A stretch of DNA of 61,842 bases, counting the filler. It is 4 parts of 4 records of this genome, joined end to end, with 100 filler letters (N's around TTAATTAATTAA, not from the genome) between each part and the next. Parts side by side here need not be neighbours in the genome. Positions count along the whole stretch, not along the records: positions 31,745 to 40,535 come from SRR31156797_2513; positions 40,636 to 55,876 come from SRR31156797_2519; 2 more parts are not named here. One strand, given 5' to 3'. Numbering within the stretch: position 1 is the stretch's first letter; each line of letters begins with the position of its first letter. The notes beneath the pieces are model-generated. The model worked only from the letters and a program-made list of their open reading frames with translations. It ran no database searches and was not told where the DNA came from. Position numbers and translations under genes: made by a program. Shown piece by piece: positions 40,363-51,299 of this stretch.

Positions 40363-40422
40363 TAAGAAAGTGAAGAAAGAGTGAATATAAATATTCACTA
40401 CTTAAATGTGATATATTTAAGT
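40363..40422 (-). terminator. Tandem hairpins downstream of CRISPR array (candidate terminator)
   Basis: Dyads ACTTAAAT-N7-ATTTAAGT (40400-40422) and AGTGAATAT-AA-ATATTCACT (40380-40399), followed on the minus strand by pyrimidine-rich CTTTCTTCACTTTCTT. Confidence 0.45.
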
Positions 40423-40442
40423 CTTCTTGTATCAAAATATTT

Positions 40443-40535
40443 ATTTCAATACATTATATGTTCGGGTTCAAGAAAGTAAAAACATTGATTATATAAGCCT
40501 TACTGGATTTCAATACATTATATGTTCAGGTTCAA
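40443..40535 (-). CRISPR. Truncated CRISPR array: 2 repeats (30 bp; second cut at contig end) and 1 spacer (34 bp)
   Basis: ATTTCAATACATTATATGTTCGGGTTCAAG (40443-40472) and ATTTCAATACATTATATGTTCAGGTTCAA (40507-40535) differ by 1 mismatch. The reverse complement ends in ATTGAAAT, typical of type I-B/III repeats. The contig breaks inside a repeat. Confidence 0.8.
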
Positions 40536-40635
40536 NNNNNNNNNNNNNNNNNNNNNNNNNNNNNNNNNNNNNNNNNNNNTTAATTAATTAANNNNNNNNN
40601 NNNNNNNNNNNNNNNNNNNNNNNNNNNNNNNNNNN
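40536..40635. other. Artificial contig linker
   Basis: N-run, TTAATTAATTAA, N-run. Confidence 0.98.
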
Positions 40636-40655
40636 TGCCCAGCAATTGCTGGGCA
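40636..40655 (-). terminator. Hairpin downstream of motX
   Basis: Perfect palindrome TGCCCAGCAATTGCTGGGCA, about 23 bp after the motX stop. Confidence 0.65.
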
Positions 40656-40678
40656 TCTTTGTATTAATTCATCTGAAT

Positions 40679-41314
40679 TTACCAGAAGGTTTCTCGACGT
40701 TTGGCTCGAGCGATAATATTTTCCGGCATACGAGTCTCAAGCCCTTGTCGTAAAATATTAATGCGGTTGTGCATACGTTTATCTGCCGTTGCTGAGTTAT
40801 AAAGCCAACGATAGGCATCTTCATAATCCAGCGGACTGCCGTAATCACGCAGTAACAACTCAGCTAACTGAATACGCGCATTCAAATTGCCCATAGAAGC
40901 CGCTTCACGTAAGTATGGAATAGCACGCTCTTTATCCTGTTGAACCAAGGTTCCATGTGAATAGTAGCGACCTAACTGCTCCAATGCCGTCGGCAAACCT
41001 TGATGAGCGGCATTTTCCATATAGTACAAACCTAGCTCGACATCCTGATCGACACAGACTCCCCAGGCCAACATGTCACCATATAAAAACTCGTATGATG
41101 GCAAACTGATACGGGTGGCACGGGCAACGATATCTTCCACCAACTGACAACTGTCGGCTTTCACTCGTTCCAGGTGCTTATTTTCTTCAATCAATTTTAT
41201 GAGTTCAGCTTCAGTATATATCGGTACTGGTTCCCCGACCTCTGCCACTTCAGCGTGACTGAATGAGGAATGCAATAGCAATATAAGAGAAGCTGCCACC
41301 GTTCGTAGCTTCAT
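40679..41314 (-). CDS. motX: Sodium-type polar flagellar motor protein MotX
   Basis: Signal peptide MKLRTVAASL..., Sel1-like repeats, adjacency to purA as in Vibrio, and an upstream sigma-28 promoter. Confidence 0.92.
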   Translation of the reverse strand: MKLRTVAASLILLLHSSFSHAEVAEVGEPVPIYTEAELIKLIEENKHLERVKADSCQLVEDIVARATRISLPSYEFLYGDMLAWGVCVDQDVELGLYYMENAAHQGLPTALEQLGRYYSHGTLVQQDKERAIPYLREAASMGNLNARIQLAELLLRDYGSPLDYEDAYRWLYNSATADKRMHNRINILRQGLETRMPENIIARAKRRETFW

Positions 41315-41434
41315 ATGCGCACTCTTACTTAATTCCGATAGCCATTGACTCTCTTTTGAAGCAAATAAATTTGAGCATTCAATTCGCGTCATCTGAGTAT
41401 AGTGTTATTACCACATAATGGCTGGTTTGATTTT

Positions 41435-41461
41435 TTATCGGCGATTAAGCGGATCTCTTTA
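41435..41461 (-). promoter_or_regulatory. sigma-28 (FliA) promoter of motX
   Basis: The minus strand reads TAAA-N15-GCCGATAA, an exact consensus match. Confidence 0.85.
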
Positions 41462-41527
41462 GGCAAATGTTGTAAAAAATCGGCAATGCCTTGCCACCAG
41501 TGCTTAAAATACCACCACTGGCGGCAT

Positions 41528-41553
41528 AAAAAAACCGGCTCATTGAGCCGGCT
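41528..41553 (-). terminator. Intrinsic terminator of purA
   Basis: Hairpin CCGGCTCA-T-TGAGCCGG with a T-tract on the minus strand. Confidence 0.8.
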
Positions 41554-41573
41554 TAGTAAGAAATCATTTAAAG

Positions 41574-42911
<1,338 letters not shown>

Positions 42912-43019
42912 TTAAAAATGGATTCTAGCACCGAATTTAAATCGTTGCAGTCATTTTTTGGGCAAAAAAAACTCTTCAGATGTGTGCTGAAAGCGAAATC
43001 TTACTTTTAAGCGGAAACA

Positions 43020-43961
43020 TCATTCGTCCGCATAAATTTTGATAACTAGCTTACCTGCACAATCCATACTCGCCCGATACATACCAGAGCTGTTGAGAGC
43101 AAAATGGATGTTTCCTGCCGCATCTACCGCAATCAATCCACCCTCTCCACCGATATCTTTTAACTCACCTTGAATGATGTGCTCACAAGCGGTGTGGACA
43201 TCTTCTTTAAGGTAACGCATACGAGCCGCTACATCACCAGCCACCATTTTACGGATGAAGTATTCGCCCATTCCGGTCGTTGAAACTGCGACATTGCCAT
43301 TTTCAGCGAAAGTCCCTGCTCCTATAATGGGTGAATCACCCACTCGACCAAACTTCTTATTGGTCACGCCACCAGTACTGGTCGCCGCGGCTAAGTTACC
43401 TTGTTGATCCAAAGCAACGGCGCCGACAGTGCCAAATTTTTTGTCATCGGGATACTTAGATTCAGACAGAGCAAACAGCCCTTTCTCTTTCATTGATTGC
43501 AGTTGGTCATAACGACGCTCAGTAAAGAAATAATCTTGCTCGGTATATTCATAGCCGAGGGTAAAGGCAAACTCTTCAGCCCCCTCTCCCATCAGTAATA
43601 CATGTTCACTTTTGAGCATCACATCACGAGCGAGTGCAATAGGGTTTTTGATGTGACGAACGCCTGTCACTGCACCTGCATCCATTTCTCGGCCATGCAT
43701 CACAGAGGCATCCATTTCAACCATCTCTTTATTGGTCAGAACAGAGCCTCGCCCAGCATTAAATTGCGGAGCATCTTCGAGGACCTTCACCGCCTCAACT
43801 ACGGCTTCAAGTGCGTCGCCACCAGACGCCAAAATAGCATGTCCCGCTTTGACAGATTTTTCTAGGGCCAGCAATATCTCAGCTTTAAGCTTATCGCTCA
43901 TTTGTTGTTTTAAAATGGTGCCAGCACCACCATGAATAGCGATAGAAAAAGGTTGAGACAT
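43020..43961 (-). CDS. iaaA: Isoaspartyl peptidase/L-asparaginase (Ntn hydrolase)
   Basis: Motifs IAIHGGAG, GTVGAVA, ATSTGG, GRVGDSP and TG.GE.F. Confidence 0.92.
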   Translation of the reverse strand: MSQPFSIAIHGGAGTILKQQMSDKLKAEILLALEKSVKAGHAILASGGDALEAVVEAVKVLEDAPQFNAGRGSVLTNKEMVEMDASVMHGREMDAGAVTGVRHIKNPIALARDVMLKSEHVLLMGEGAEEFAFTLGYEYTEQDYFFTERRYDQLQSMKEKGLFALSESKYPDDKKFGTVGAVALDQQGNLAAATSTGGVTNKKFGRVGDSPIIGAGTFAENGNVAVSTTGMGEYFIRKMVAGDVAARMRYLKEDVHTACEHIIQGELKDIGGEGGLIAVDAAGNIHFALNSSGMYRASMDCAGKLVIKIYADE

Positions 43962-44072
43962 TCCACTTCCTTACTCAGTTATCGTTAATAATAAAAAAGC
44001 GCCAACCGAATACCGGCTCGCGCTTTCTTTTATAAGGTTACGGATATATTCCCGCAACCAAAATCATTTGGC

Positions 44073-44657
44073 TTAGTGTGATTTGCAGCTACCGCCACCA
44101 CAACAGCCATCTTTATCATCGTGGTCATGATCGTGACCACCACAACAACCACCTTCGTGGTCGTGATCATGGCCATGACCGCCACAACCACCAGCTTGGT
44201 GAACGTGACCATGCTCAACTTCTTCAGCCGTAGCTTCACGCACGGCTACTACTTCAACGTCGAAAGTAAGAGTGTGGCCAGCTAGCATATGGTTACCATC
44301 AACAACTACTTCATCACCATCAACTTCAGTAATTTCTACTGGGATTGGACCTTGGTCAGTATCCGCTAGGAAGCGCATGCCCACTTCGATCTCATCTACA
44401 CCTTGGAATACGTTTGCAGGAACGCGTTGAACAAGTGCGTCACTGTGCTCACCGTATGCATCTTCAGGAGCGATAGTTGCAGAGAACTTATCACCTGCCG
44501 CTTTACCATCTAGCTCTTTTTCAAGGCCTGTGATTAGGTTGTTGTGACCATGTAAGTAGTCTAATGGTGCTTCAACTGTTGATTGGTCAACGACTACGCC
44601 ATCTTCCAATTTTACTTGGTAAGCAAGGCTTACAACCACGTTCTTTTCAATTTTCAT
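44073..44657 (-). CDS. slyD: FKBP-type PPIase / metallochaperone SlyD
   Basis: MKIEKN.VV; PL.YLHG, AYGE and DGNH.LAG; His/Cys-rich tail. Confidence 0.95.
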   Translation of the reverse strand: MKIEKNVVVSLAYQVKLEDGVVVDQSTVEAPLDYLHGHNNLITGLEKELDGKAAGDKFSATIAPEDAYGEHSDALVQRVPANVFQGVDEIEVGMRFLADTDQGPIPVEITEVDGDEVVVDGNHMLAGHTLTFDVEVVAVREATAEEVEHGHVHQAGGCGGHGHDHDHEGGCCGGHDHDHDDKDGCCGGGSCKSH

Positions 44658-44756
44658 AACGGCTCCAGGGCGGTTTTGGTGCTTGTTAGACACAGTATTG
44701 ATGCCTAAAAAATAATTTGATGGACAATATTATGGGGATCATGAGCAGAAACTCAA

Positions 44757-44957
44757 TTATTCCGGCTTAAAAATCCCAATCATTTGCGATTCAGCATGTT
44801 CAGTTTTTTCTACAGACTGAGGTTTTCGCTGCTCGGTATAGTCACACTCCACGCATTCGACGAGCTCAATATTGTTCTCAACCCACCAGCGTAAGGTGTC
44901 CTGAGCTTTACAACTTGGACAACTTGCACCAGCGATAAAGCGTTTTTTTATTTTCAC
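44757..44957 (-). CDS. yheV: YheV family zinc-ribbon protein
   Basis: Motif KRFIAGA.CP.C...D...ECVEC. GTG start at 44957. Confidence 0.88.
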   Translation of the reverse strand: MKIKKRFIAGASCPSCKAQDTLRWWVENNIELVECVECDYTEQRKPQSVEKTEHAESQMIGIFKPE

Positions 44958-44968
44958 GTATTGGCTTC

Positions 44969-46774
44969 CTAATCTTTTTCCCAATAGCTGCGAGACTGTC
45001 TGTCACCATCCATCTCACGGCCAAAGATTTCTTCAAGTTCTTTACGAGCTTCTTTGGCTCGCAATGTTAATTGTTTACCCTCATTGTGCTGCGGTAATAG
45101 CTCTTTCAGCATGGCCATATCCAGTTTACGGAAATGAGCTTCTGCACGCTTAGCCTCGTAAGGGTGCATACCTAGAGATATGAGGGCTTGACGACCAAGA
45201 TCCAATGCCCCAAGGAAAGTCTCTCGAGAATAACGTTCAACGCCATGATTCATCAATTGATAGGCTTCAACACGACTGCGAGCACGAGCCAATATTTTCA
45301 GCTTAGGAAAATGATGTTTACACAACTCAACGATTTTTAGAATTTCATCCGGCGCGTCGGTACAGACGACTATCGCTTCGGCCTCATCCGCCCCTGCGGC
45401 TCTCAATAACTCTAGTTGAGTTGCATCGCCATAGAAAACTTTATAGCCATATTTACGGAGTAACTTAATTTGGCTGGCGTCACTTTCCAGTACGGTAATT
45501 TTGATTTTATTGGCGTACATCAGACGTCCGACGATTTGACCGAAACGCCCAAAACCCGCAATGATTACGCGAGGTTCTTTGTTATAAACCTCTGATGATA
45601 AGGCGTCTTCATCACCAAGGTTCAGGTTGCGGGCAAACCATCGATTCTGAGCAGACAGCAACAGCGGTGTTGTCACCATCGATAGACTGACGACGACCAA
45701 CAAAAATGCAGATTGTTCAGACTGAAGCAGTCCTTCAGAGCTTGCCGCCGTAAAGATAACAAACGCAAACTCACCGCCTTGACTCAATATAGCGGCCATC
45801 TTACTTCGAGCTTTGGCTCGAGTGCCGGATAAACGTGCCAGTACATAAAGAATCAAACCTTTGACGGCCACCAGGCCAATCACGGCTATGATAATTTTGA
45901 TCGGTTCCAGCGCAAGCAACCCAAGATCGACCGCCATCCCAACCGAAATAAAAAACAGGCCTAATAACAAACCTTTAAACGGATCAATGGCAATTTCCAG
46001 CTCGTGTCTGAATTCACTTTCAGCCAAAAGTACGCCCGCGAGGAATGTCCCTAACGCCATGGACAAACCCAGCTGTTGCATTAACAGTGCAATACCGATA
46101 ACCAACAACAAAGCAGATACGGTAAATAACTCTCTGACACCACTTAACACTATGTAGCGGAACAGAGGGCTTAAAAGGTAATGACCACCCACTAACAAAC
46201 CAACGATGCCACACAACATCCAGACAACATCAAGCCAGCTTCCTCCGGTATTTCCGGCCAGCAATGGCAACAGTGCCAGCATTGGAATTACAGCGATGTC
46301 CTGAAACAGCAGCACAGCGAAACCAGATTGCCCCGTTTCACTACGCGACAACCCTCGTTCTTCAATGACACGCAGCGCAATAGCCGTTGAGGAAAGCGCC
46401 AAGCCCATACCAATAACCAGACTGCTCTGCCAACTCACCCCAGTAAGGTGAGCAATACTGGAAATCACAGCGGTGGTAACGACCACCTGAGCGCCACCTA
46501 AACCAAGAATCGGCCCTCTCATCTGCCACAGTTTTTGCGGATTGAGCTCTAACCCGATGAGGAATAAAAGCAGTACCACACCAAACTCGGCGAAGTGCAT
46601 TATGGCTTCAACATCGCTGATCAAACCAAGTCCCCACGGACCGATAATGACACCAGCAAGCAAATAACCTAAAACGGAGCCTAAACCCGCTCTTTGTGCC
46701 AACGGCACAGCAACAACAGCAGCGGTTAGAAATACCGCGGTACTTTGCAGAAAGTCACCACCCATCTCAGCCAT
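44969..46774 (-). CDS. kefB: Glutathione-regulated K+ efflux protein
   Basis: CPA2 antiporter (LSSTA, FQDIA) plus TrkA_N domain (IAGFGRFGQ, YGDAT). Confidence 0.9.
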   Translation of the reverse strand: MAEMGGDFLQSTAVFLTAAVVAVPLAQRAGLGSVLGYLLAGVIIGPWGLGLISDVEAIMHFAEFGVVLLLFLIGLELNPQKLWQMRGPILGLGGAQVVVTTAVISSIAHLTGVSWQSSLVIGMGLALSSTAIALRVIEERGLSRSETGQSGFAVLLFQDIAVIPMLALLPLLAGNTGGSWLDVVWMLCGIVGLLVGGHYLLSPLFRYIVLSGVRELFTVSALLLVIGIALLMQQLGLSMALGTFLAGVLLAESEFRHELEIAIDPFKGLLLGLFFISVGMAVDLGLLALEPIKIIIAVIGLVAVKGLILYVLARLSGTRAKARSKMAAILSQGGEFAFVIFTAASSEGLLQSEQSAFLLVVVSLSMVTTPLLLSAQNRWFARNLNLGDEDALSSEVYNKEPRVIIAGFGRFGQIVGRLMYANKIKITVLESDASQIKLLRKYGYKVFYGDATQLELLRAAGADEAEAIVVCTDAPDEILKIVELCKHHFPKLKILARARSRVEAYQLMNHGVERYSRETFLGALDLGRQALISLGMHPYEAKRAEAHFRKLDMAMLKELLPQHNEGKQLTLRAKEARKELEEIFGREMDGDRQSRSYWEKD

Positions 46775-47345
46775 CTTGCCCTCCTAAAGTACCCATAGGG
46801 TCTAAAAGCCATTGACGGTAGTCTTCCGCATGTTGATAGCGTTCCACATCGCTGACATTACGGGACCAATATAAGACGAGCGGTTCTACCCACTGCATAC
46901 GGCAAAGCGCAGCAGACAACTCAAAAGGTTGTAAAATATCTTTCAATGGATAGCGGTTGTAGCCCTTCTCGCCGAAAGCATCGACATTGCCTCCGGTAGT
47001 GATAACACTTCTCCACACTTTGCCTTGCAGTGCGCTTTTGTTACCAAACGCGAAGCCTTTGGCCAAAATTCGGTCCATCCACTCTTTGAGTAAAGCCGGG
47101 CAGGAATACATAAAAAGAGGGTGTTGAAATACGATAACGTCATGCTCTAAAAGACGCTGTCTCTCAGCCTGAACATCGATAAAGAAATCTGGATACGTCG
47201 CATAAAGGTCAAGAATGGTGACATGCTCAAGTGAAGCGATTTTTTTGATCATCACCTGATTTGCGATAGAGTGATGCGGCTCTGGGTGAGCGTAAATCAC
47301 AAGAACTTTAGGTCGTTGTTTATCTGACGGCGTCTCTTTTGTCAT
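46767..47345 (-). CDS. kefG: Kef ancillary flavodoxin-fold protein
   Basis: Motifs YAHP..S.AN, DLYA.YPDF.ID and QHP...YSCPALLKEW.D. Confidence 0.9.
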   Translation of the reverse strand: MTKETPSDKQRPKVLVIYAHPEPHHSIANQVMIKKIASLEHVTILDLYATYPDFFIDVQAERQRLLEHDVIVFQHPLFMYSCPALLKEWMDRILAKGFAFGNKSALQGKVWRSVITTGGNVDAFGEKGYNRYPLKDILQPFELSAALCRMQWVEPLVLYWSRNVSDVERYQHAEDYRQWLLDPMGTLGGQDG

Positions 47346-47473
47346 TCCTTGACGGCACTCCATGGCGTTATCGACGTTTTATGCATCATAACGTAATTTG
47401 CATAATGATCGACATTTATCCTTATACCCCCTACTATTCTGGGCGAAATCTCAACAGGCTCTAATACGAATTT

Positions 47474-49396
47474 ATGATTATCTTCTCGGACATCCAATTA
47501 CTGCGTGGTGGAAAACCGCTCTTAGACCAAGCTTCGGCAACGATTAACCCAGGCGACAAAGTCGGCTTAGTGGGTAAAAACGGTTGCGGTAAATCCACTC
47601 TGTTTGCTCTGTTAAAAGACGAACTCTCTATCGATGCAGGCTCATTTAGTAAGCCAGCCCAATGGGAGCTCGCATGGGTTGCACAGGAAACACTGGCTTT
47701 AGAACGCAGTGCTTTGGAATACGTCATTGATGGTGACCGAGAATACCGAGACTTAGAACGCCAGCTTAGCGAAGCTGAAGTTGCAGACAATGGCACTTTG
47801 GTCGCAGAACTGCACGGCAAAATTGAAACCATTGGTGGTTATAGCATTCGCGCGCGAGCTTCAGAGCTATTGGACGGTCTAGGTTTTAGCCAAGAACAGA
47901 TGTCTTGGAACCTAACTCAGTTTTCTGGTGGTTGGCGCATGCGCCTTAACCTGGCGCAGGCGCTGATTTGCCGTTCTGACTTATTGTTACTGGATGAACC
48001 GACCAACCACTTAGATTTAGACGCCGTAATGTGGTTAGAGCGCTGGTTACAAAGCTACCCGGGCACACTGATTCTGATTTCCCACGACCGAGATTTCTTA
48101 GACCCGATTATTGGCCGCATCATTCATATTGAGAATCAGAAGCTGAACGAATACACCGGTAACTACTCTTCTTTTGAAGATCAACGCGCCCAAAAAATGC
48201 TTCAGCAACAAGCGATGTTCCAGAAGCAGCAAAAGCAAATGAGTCATATGCAGAGCTACATCGACCGCTTCCGTTACAAAGCCTCTAAAGCTCGTCAGGC
48301 TCAGAGTCGTATTAAAGCGCTGGAGAAAATGGAAAAGGTGCTGCCGGCCCAGTTTGATAATCCATTCAGTTTTGAATTTCGTGAACCTGCAGCGCTGCCA
48401 AATCCAATACTGATGATGGATGATGTGTACGCCGGTTATGGTGACAATCTGATTCTGGAAAAAATCCGTTTAAACTTAGTGCCGGGAAGTCGTATAGGTC
48501 TGCTTGGCCGCAACGGTGCTGGTAAATCAACACTGATTAAACTGCTATCAAAAGAATTGAATGCTCAAGGTGGTGATTTGACCTACTCACAAGGGGTTAA
48601 GATAGGTTATTTCGCTCAGCACCAACTTGAGACTCTGCATCCAGAAGAAACACCACTTCAGCATATGATGCAAATCGCACCAGACAAAAACGAGCTTGAG
48701 CTGCGAAATTATCTAGGCAGTTTCGGCTTTCAAGGCGATAAAGCGCTGGATAAAGTTGGTCCCTTCTCTGGTGGTGAAAAAGCACGTCTGGTTTTAGCAC
48801 TGATTGTTTGGCAAAAACCCAATCTATTGCTGCTCGATGAACCAACCAACCACCTCGATCTAGATATGCGTCAGGCACTGACTCTTGCATTGCAAAGTTT
48901 TGAAGGTGCGATGGTAATTGTCAGCCACGACCGTTATTTACTACGCGCTACCACAGATGACCTCTATTTGGTCCACGACCGTCAAGTAGCACCATTTGAC
49001 GGCGACTTAGCGGATTACTACAAATGGCTTCAAGATCAGCAAAAAGCTGAACGTAAAGAAGTTCAGGCACAATCTGCACCAAAGGACAACACCAATAGTG
49101 CGGCTGCGAAAAAAGAACAAAAGCGACGTGAAGCTGAGATGCGCAAACTCACTGCGCCAATTCGCAAAAAGCTGACACAACTAGAAGCAAAAATGGATAA
49201 GTTGAACCAAATTGTCGCGGACTCTGAACAACAATTATCGGAATCCTCACTGTATGACGCAGAAAACAAGGCTAAACTTAACCAAGTTCTTGCCACTCAA
49301 GCTAACGCGAAATCCGAGCTCGAAGAGATCGAAATGGCGTGGATGAGCGAACAGGAAACGCTGGAAGAAATGGAACAGGAGTTCAACAGTCAATGA
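47474..49396 (+). CDS. yheS: ABC-F family ATPase
   Basis: Two ABC domains (GKNGCGKST, GRNGAGKST), FSGGWRMRLNLAQAL, LLLDEPTNHLD, no TM segments. Confidence 0.92.
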   Translation: MIIFSDIQLLRGGKPLLDQASATINPGDKVGLVGKNGCGKSTLFALLKDELSIDAGSFSKPAQWELAWVAQETLALERSALEYVIDGDREYRDLERQLSEAEVADNGTLVAELHGKIETIGGYSIRARASELLDGLGFSQEQMSWNLTQFSGGWRMRLNLAQALICRSDLLLLDEPTNHLDLDAVMWLERWLQSYPGTLILISHDRDFLDPIIGRIIHIENQKLNEYTGNYSSFEDQRAQKMLQQQAMFQKQQKQMSHMQSYIDRFRYKASKARQAQSRIKALEKMEKVLPAQFDNPFSFEFREPAALPNPILMMDDVYAGYGDNLILEKIRLNLVPGSRIGLLGRNGAGKSTLIKLLSKELNAQGGDLTYSQGVKIGYFAQHQLETLHPEETPLQHMMQIAPDKNELELRNYLGSFGFQGDKALDKVGPFSGGEKARLVLALIVWQKPNLLLLDEPTNHLDLDMRQALTLALQSFEGAMVIVSHDRYLLRATTDDLYLVHDRQVAPFDGDLADYYKWLQDQQKAERKEVQAQSAPKDNTNSAAAKKEQKRREAEMRKLTAPIRKKLTQLEAKMDKLNQIVADSEQQLSESSLYDAENKAKLNQVLATQANAKSELEEIEMAWMSEQETLEEMEQEFNSQ

Positions 49397-49863
49397 CCCA
49401 AGAGCACGTCAGAATATCCCTCACGCTAGAAAGACTATGGCAATTTAGCTTGCAGTATTACAGCGTTCGAGAAGTCAAAGAGGCGTGCTTAAGTTTACAA
49501 AATCACTATAACGGCAATGTTAACCTGCTGCTGCTGCTCAAGTGGTTAGATGAACAGCAGGTTGCATTCCAAGAAAGCGACTGGCAAACCGTCATTGAGT
49601 GTATTAGCCGTTCCGAAACACTCCTACATAGCTATCGAGAGCTGCGCCGTAAGTTCAAACTGTCAATCCCAGATACCCTCTACAGGGAAGCTCTACAATT
49701 TGAGTTGCAGCTTGAGAAGCAACAACAATCGGATTTAGTCGATTGTGTAAACAGTCTCAACTTAATCAACAATAAAGATACCCCTCTCACTCAACGCTAC
49801 TGTCGACAGCTTGGCGCTGAAAACTTAGCAGAGCAGTTTGAAAAACCCGCACCAAGAAGCTAA
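49393..49863 (+). CDS. TIGR02444/DUF2390 family protein
   Basis: Motif LW.FS...Y....V..ACL.LQ.....NVNLLL. The start overlaps the yheS stop (ATGA). Confidence 0.8.
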   Translation: MTQEHVRISLTLERLWQFSLQYYSVREVKEACLSLQNHYNGNVNLLLLLKWLDEQQVAFQESDWQTVIECISRSETLLHSYRELRRKFKLSIPDTLYREALQFELQLEKQQQSDLVDCVNSLNLINNKDTPLTQRYCRQLGAENLAEQFEKPAPRS

Positions 49864-49964
49864 CCCTGCCGCTTGTTCTAATTACGTATATAATCAATAT
49901 ACCCAAAATACTTGATGTTAAAACCAAGTAGAGAAAATGGCTGTACAAAAATGATGGTTGAACA

Positions 49965-50969
49965 ATGACTCAATTTGTTGCCGCAACAGGCTTAAAAAAC
50001 CCACACCTACAAACGCTTGTTCCGCGCTTTATTCGTAAAAAAGCGTTGTTTGAACCTATTTGGCAAACCCTCGACACACCCGACGGCGACTTTCTTGATT
50101 TGGCATGGAGTGAAGATGCTCAAAACGACAGTGCTAAAAAGAAACCAATCTTCATTCTATTCCATGGCTTAGAAGGATGTTTCTACAGCCCGTACGCTAA
50201 TGGCTTAATGCAAGCATTTGCTCAAGATGGCTGGCTGTCAGTGATGATGCATTTTCGTGGCTGTAGCGGTAAACCGAATAACTTAGCTCGGGCGTACCAC
50301 TCAGGAGAAGTCGAAGACGCACGTTTTGTTTTGGAATATCTGCGTGAACATTTTCCTGAGCAAACGATTGTTGCGACGGGCATTTCTTTAGGTGGAAACA
50401 TGCTTGCTAACTATCTTGCTGACTACAACCATGACCCAATTGTTACAGCAGCGACCATAGTTTCAGCACCTTTGGATTTGGCCGCTTGTGCTAAACGTAT
50501 TGAGTATGGTTTCTCCAAAGTCTACCGCCGCTATTTAGTGTCTTCACTAAAAAGCAATGCGATGAAGAAACATCATTTACTCAAAGGTGAGTTAGGACTG
50601 TCGTATCAAAGCATCAAACGAGTAACGCACCTCAGTGATTTCGATGACCTGATTACCGCACCGCTGCATGGATTTAAAGATTCAAAAGACTATTACGCTA
50701 AATGCTCTGGTATCAATAAGCTCAAAGATATTCGCGTACCGACACAAATCATTCACGCCAAAGATGACCCCTTCATGGATGATGCCGTGATCCCTAAATT
50801 TATCCTGCCAGACAATATCGATTACCGGCTATTCGACCAAGGTGGGCATGTGGGATTTGTCTCAGGTTCACTGTTAAAACCGGAATTTTGGCTGGAACAA
50901 GCCCTTCCCGCATACTATGAAAGCTTGCGAGACGTGGACGCTCCAGAAAAAGTACAACACACGCTATAA
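49965..50969 (+). CDS. yheT: Alpha/beta hydrolase YheT
   Basis: Motifs NPHLQT, DGDF.DL.W, HGLEG, G.SLGG, DDPF and GGHVGF. Confidence 0.9.
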   Translation: MTQFVAATGLKNPHLQTLVPRFIRKKALFEPIWQTLDTPDGDFLDLAWSEDAQNDSAKKKPIFILFHGLEGCFYSPYANGLMQAFAQDGWLSVMMHFRGCSGKPNNLARAYHSGEVEDARFVLEYLREHFPEQTIVATGISLGGNMLANYLADYNHDPIVTAATIVSAPLDLAACAKRIEYGFSKVYRRYLVSSLKSNAMKKHHLLKGELGLSYQSIKRVTHLSDFDDLITAPLHGFKDSKDYYAKCSGINKLKDIRVPTQIIHAKDDPFMDDAVIPKFILPDNIDYRLFDQGGHVGFVSGSLLKPEFWLEQALPAYYESLRDVDAPEKVQHTL

Positions 50970-51006
50970 TAACCCATTCATTTATTGAAGGAATAACAAG
51001 AAGTAT

Positions 51007-51216
51007 ATGATTGTTCCCTGGCAAGACATTGCGCCCGATACCCTAGAAAACTTAATCAAAGAGTTTATTCTTCGTGAAGGCACCGATTATGGAGAGATAG
51101 AAATCTCACTGGATAAAAAAGTACAACAAGTCAAAGCCTTGTTAGCCTCAGGAGAGGCTATGATCGTGTACTCAGAGCTCCATGAAAGTGTTGATATCAA
51201 AGTTAATAACCTCTAA
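51007..51216 (+). CDS. yheU: YheU (UPF0270) family protein
   Basis: Motif MI.PW.....[16 protein letters not shown]. Confidence 0.9.
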   Translation: MIVPWQDIAPDTLENLIKEFILREGTDYGEIEISLDKKVQQVKALLASGEAMIVYSELHESVDIKVNNL

Positions 51217-51299
51217 ACAGTGGTGATAACAATTCCGTGTTATAGTGATTTTAATTTGGGCTCAGCCCTATCCAAGGACTTAGAAAGACAAGGTTAGTC

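Noticed and set aside
40473..40506. Possible self-targeting of the CRISPR spacer (CCAGTAA also occurs at about 40332)
   Set aside because: Only a ~7-nt match. I found no convincing protospacer in the window by eye.
40443..41314. CRISPR array next to a Sel1-repeat protein as a novel effector
   Set aside because: They lie on different contigs separated by a linker, and the protein is Vibrio MotX.
44073..44220. His/Cys/Gly-rich repetitive tail
   Set aside because: This is the known metal-binding tail of SlyD.
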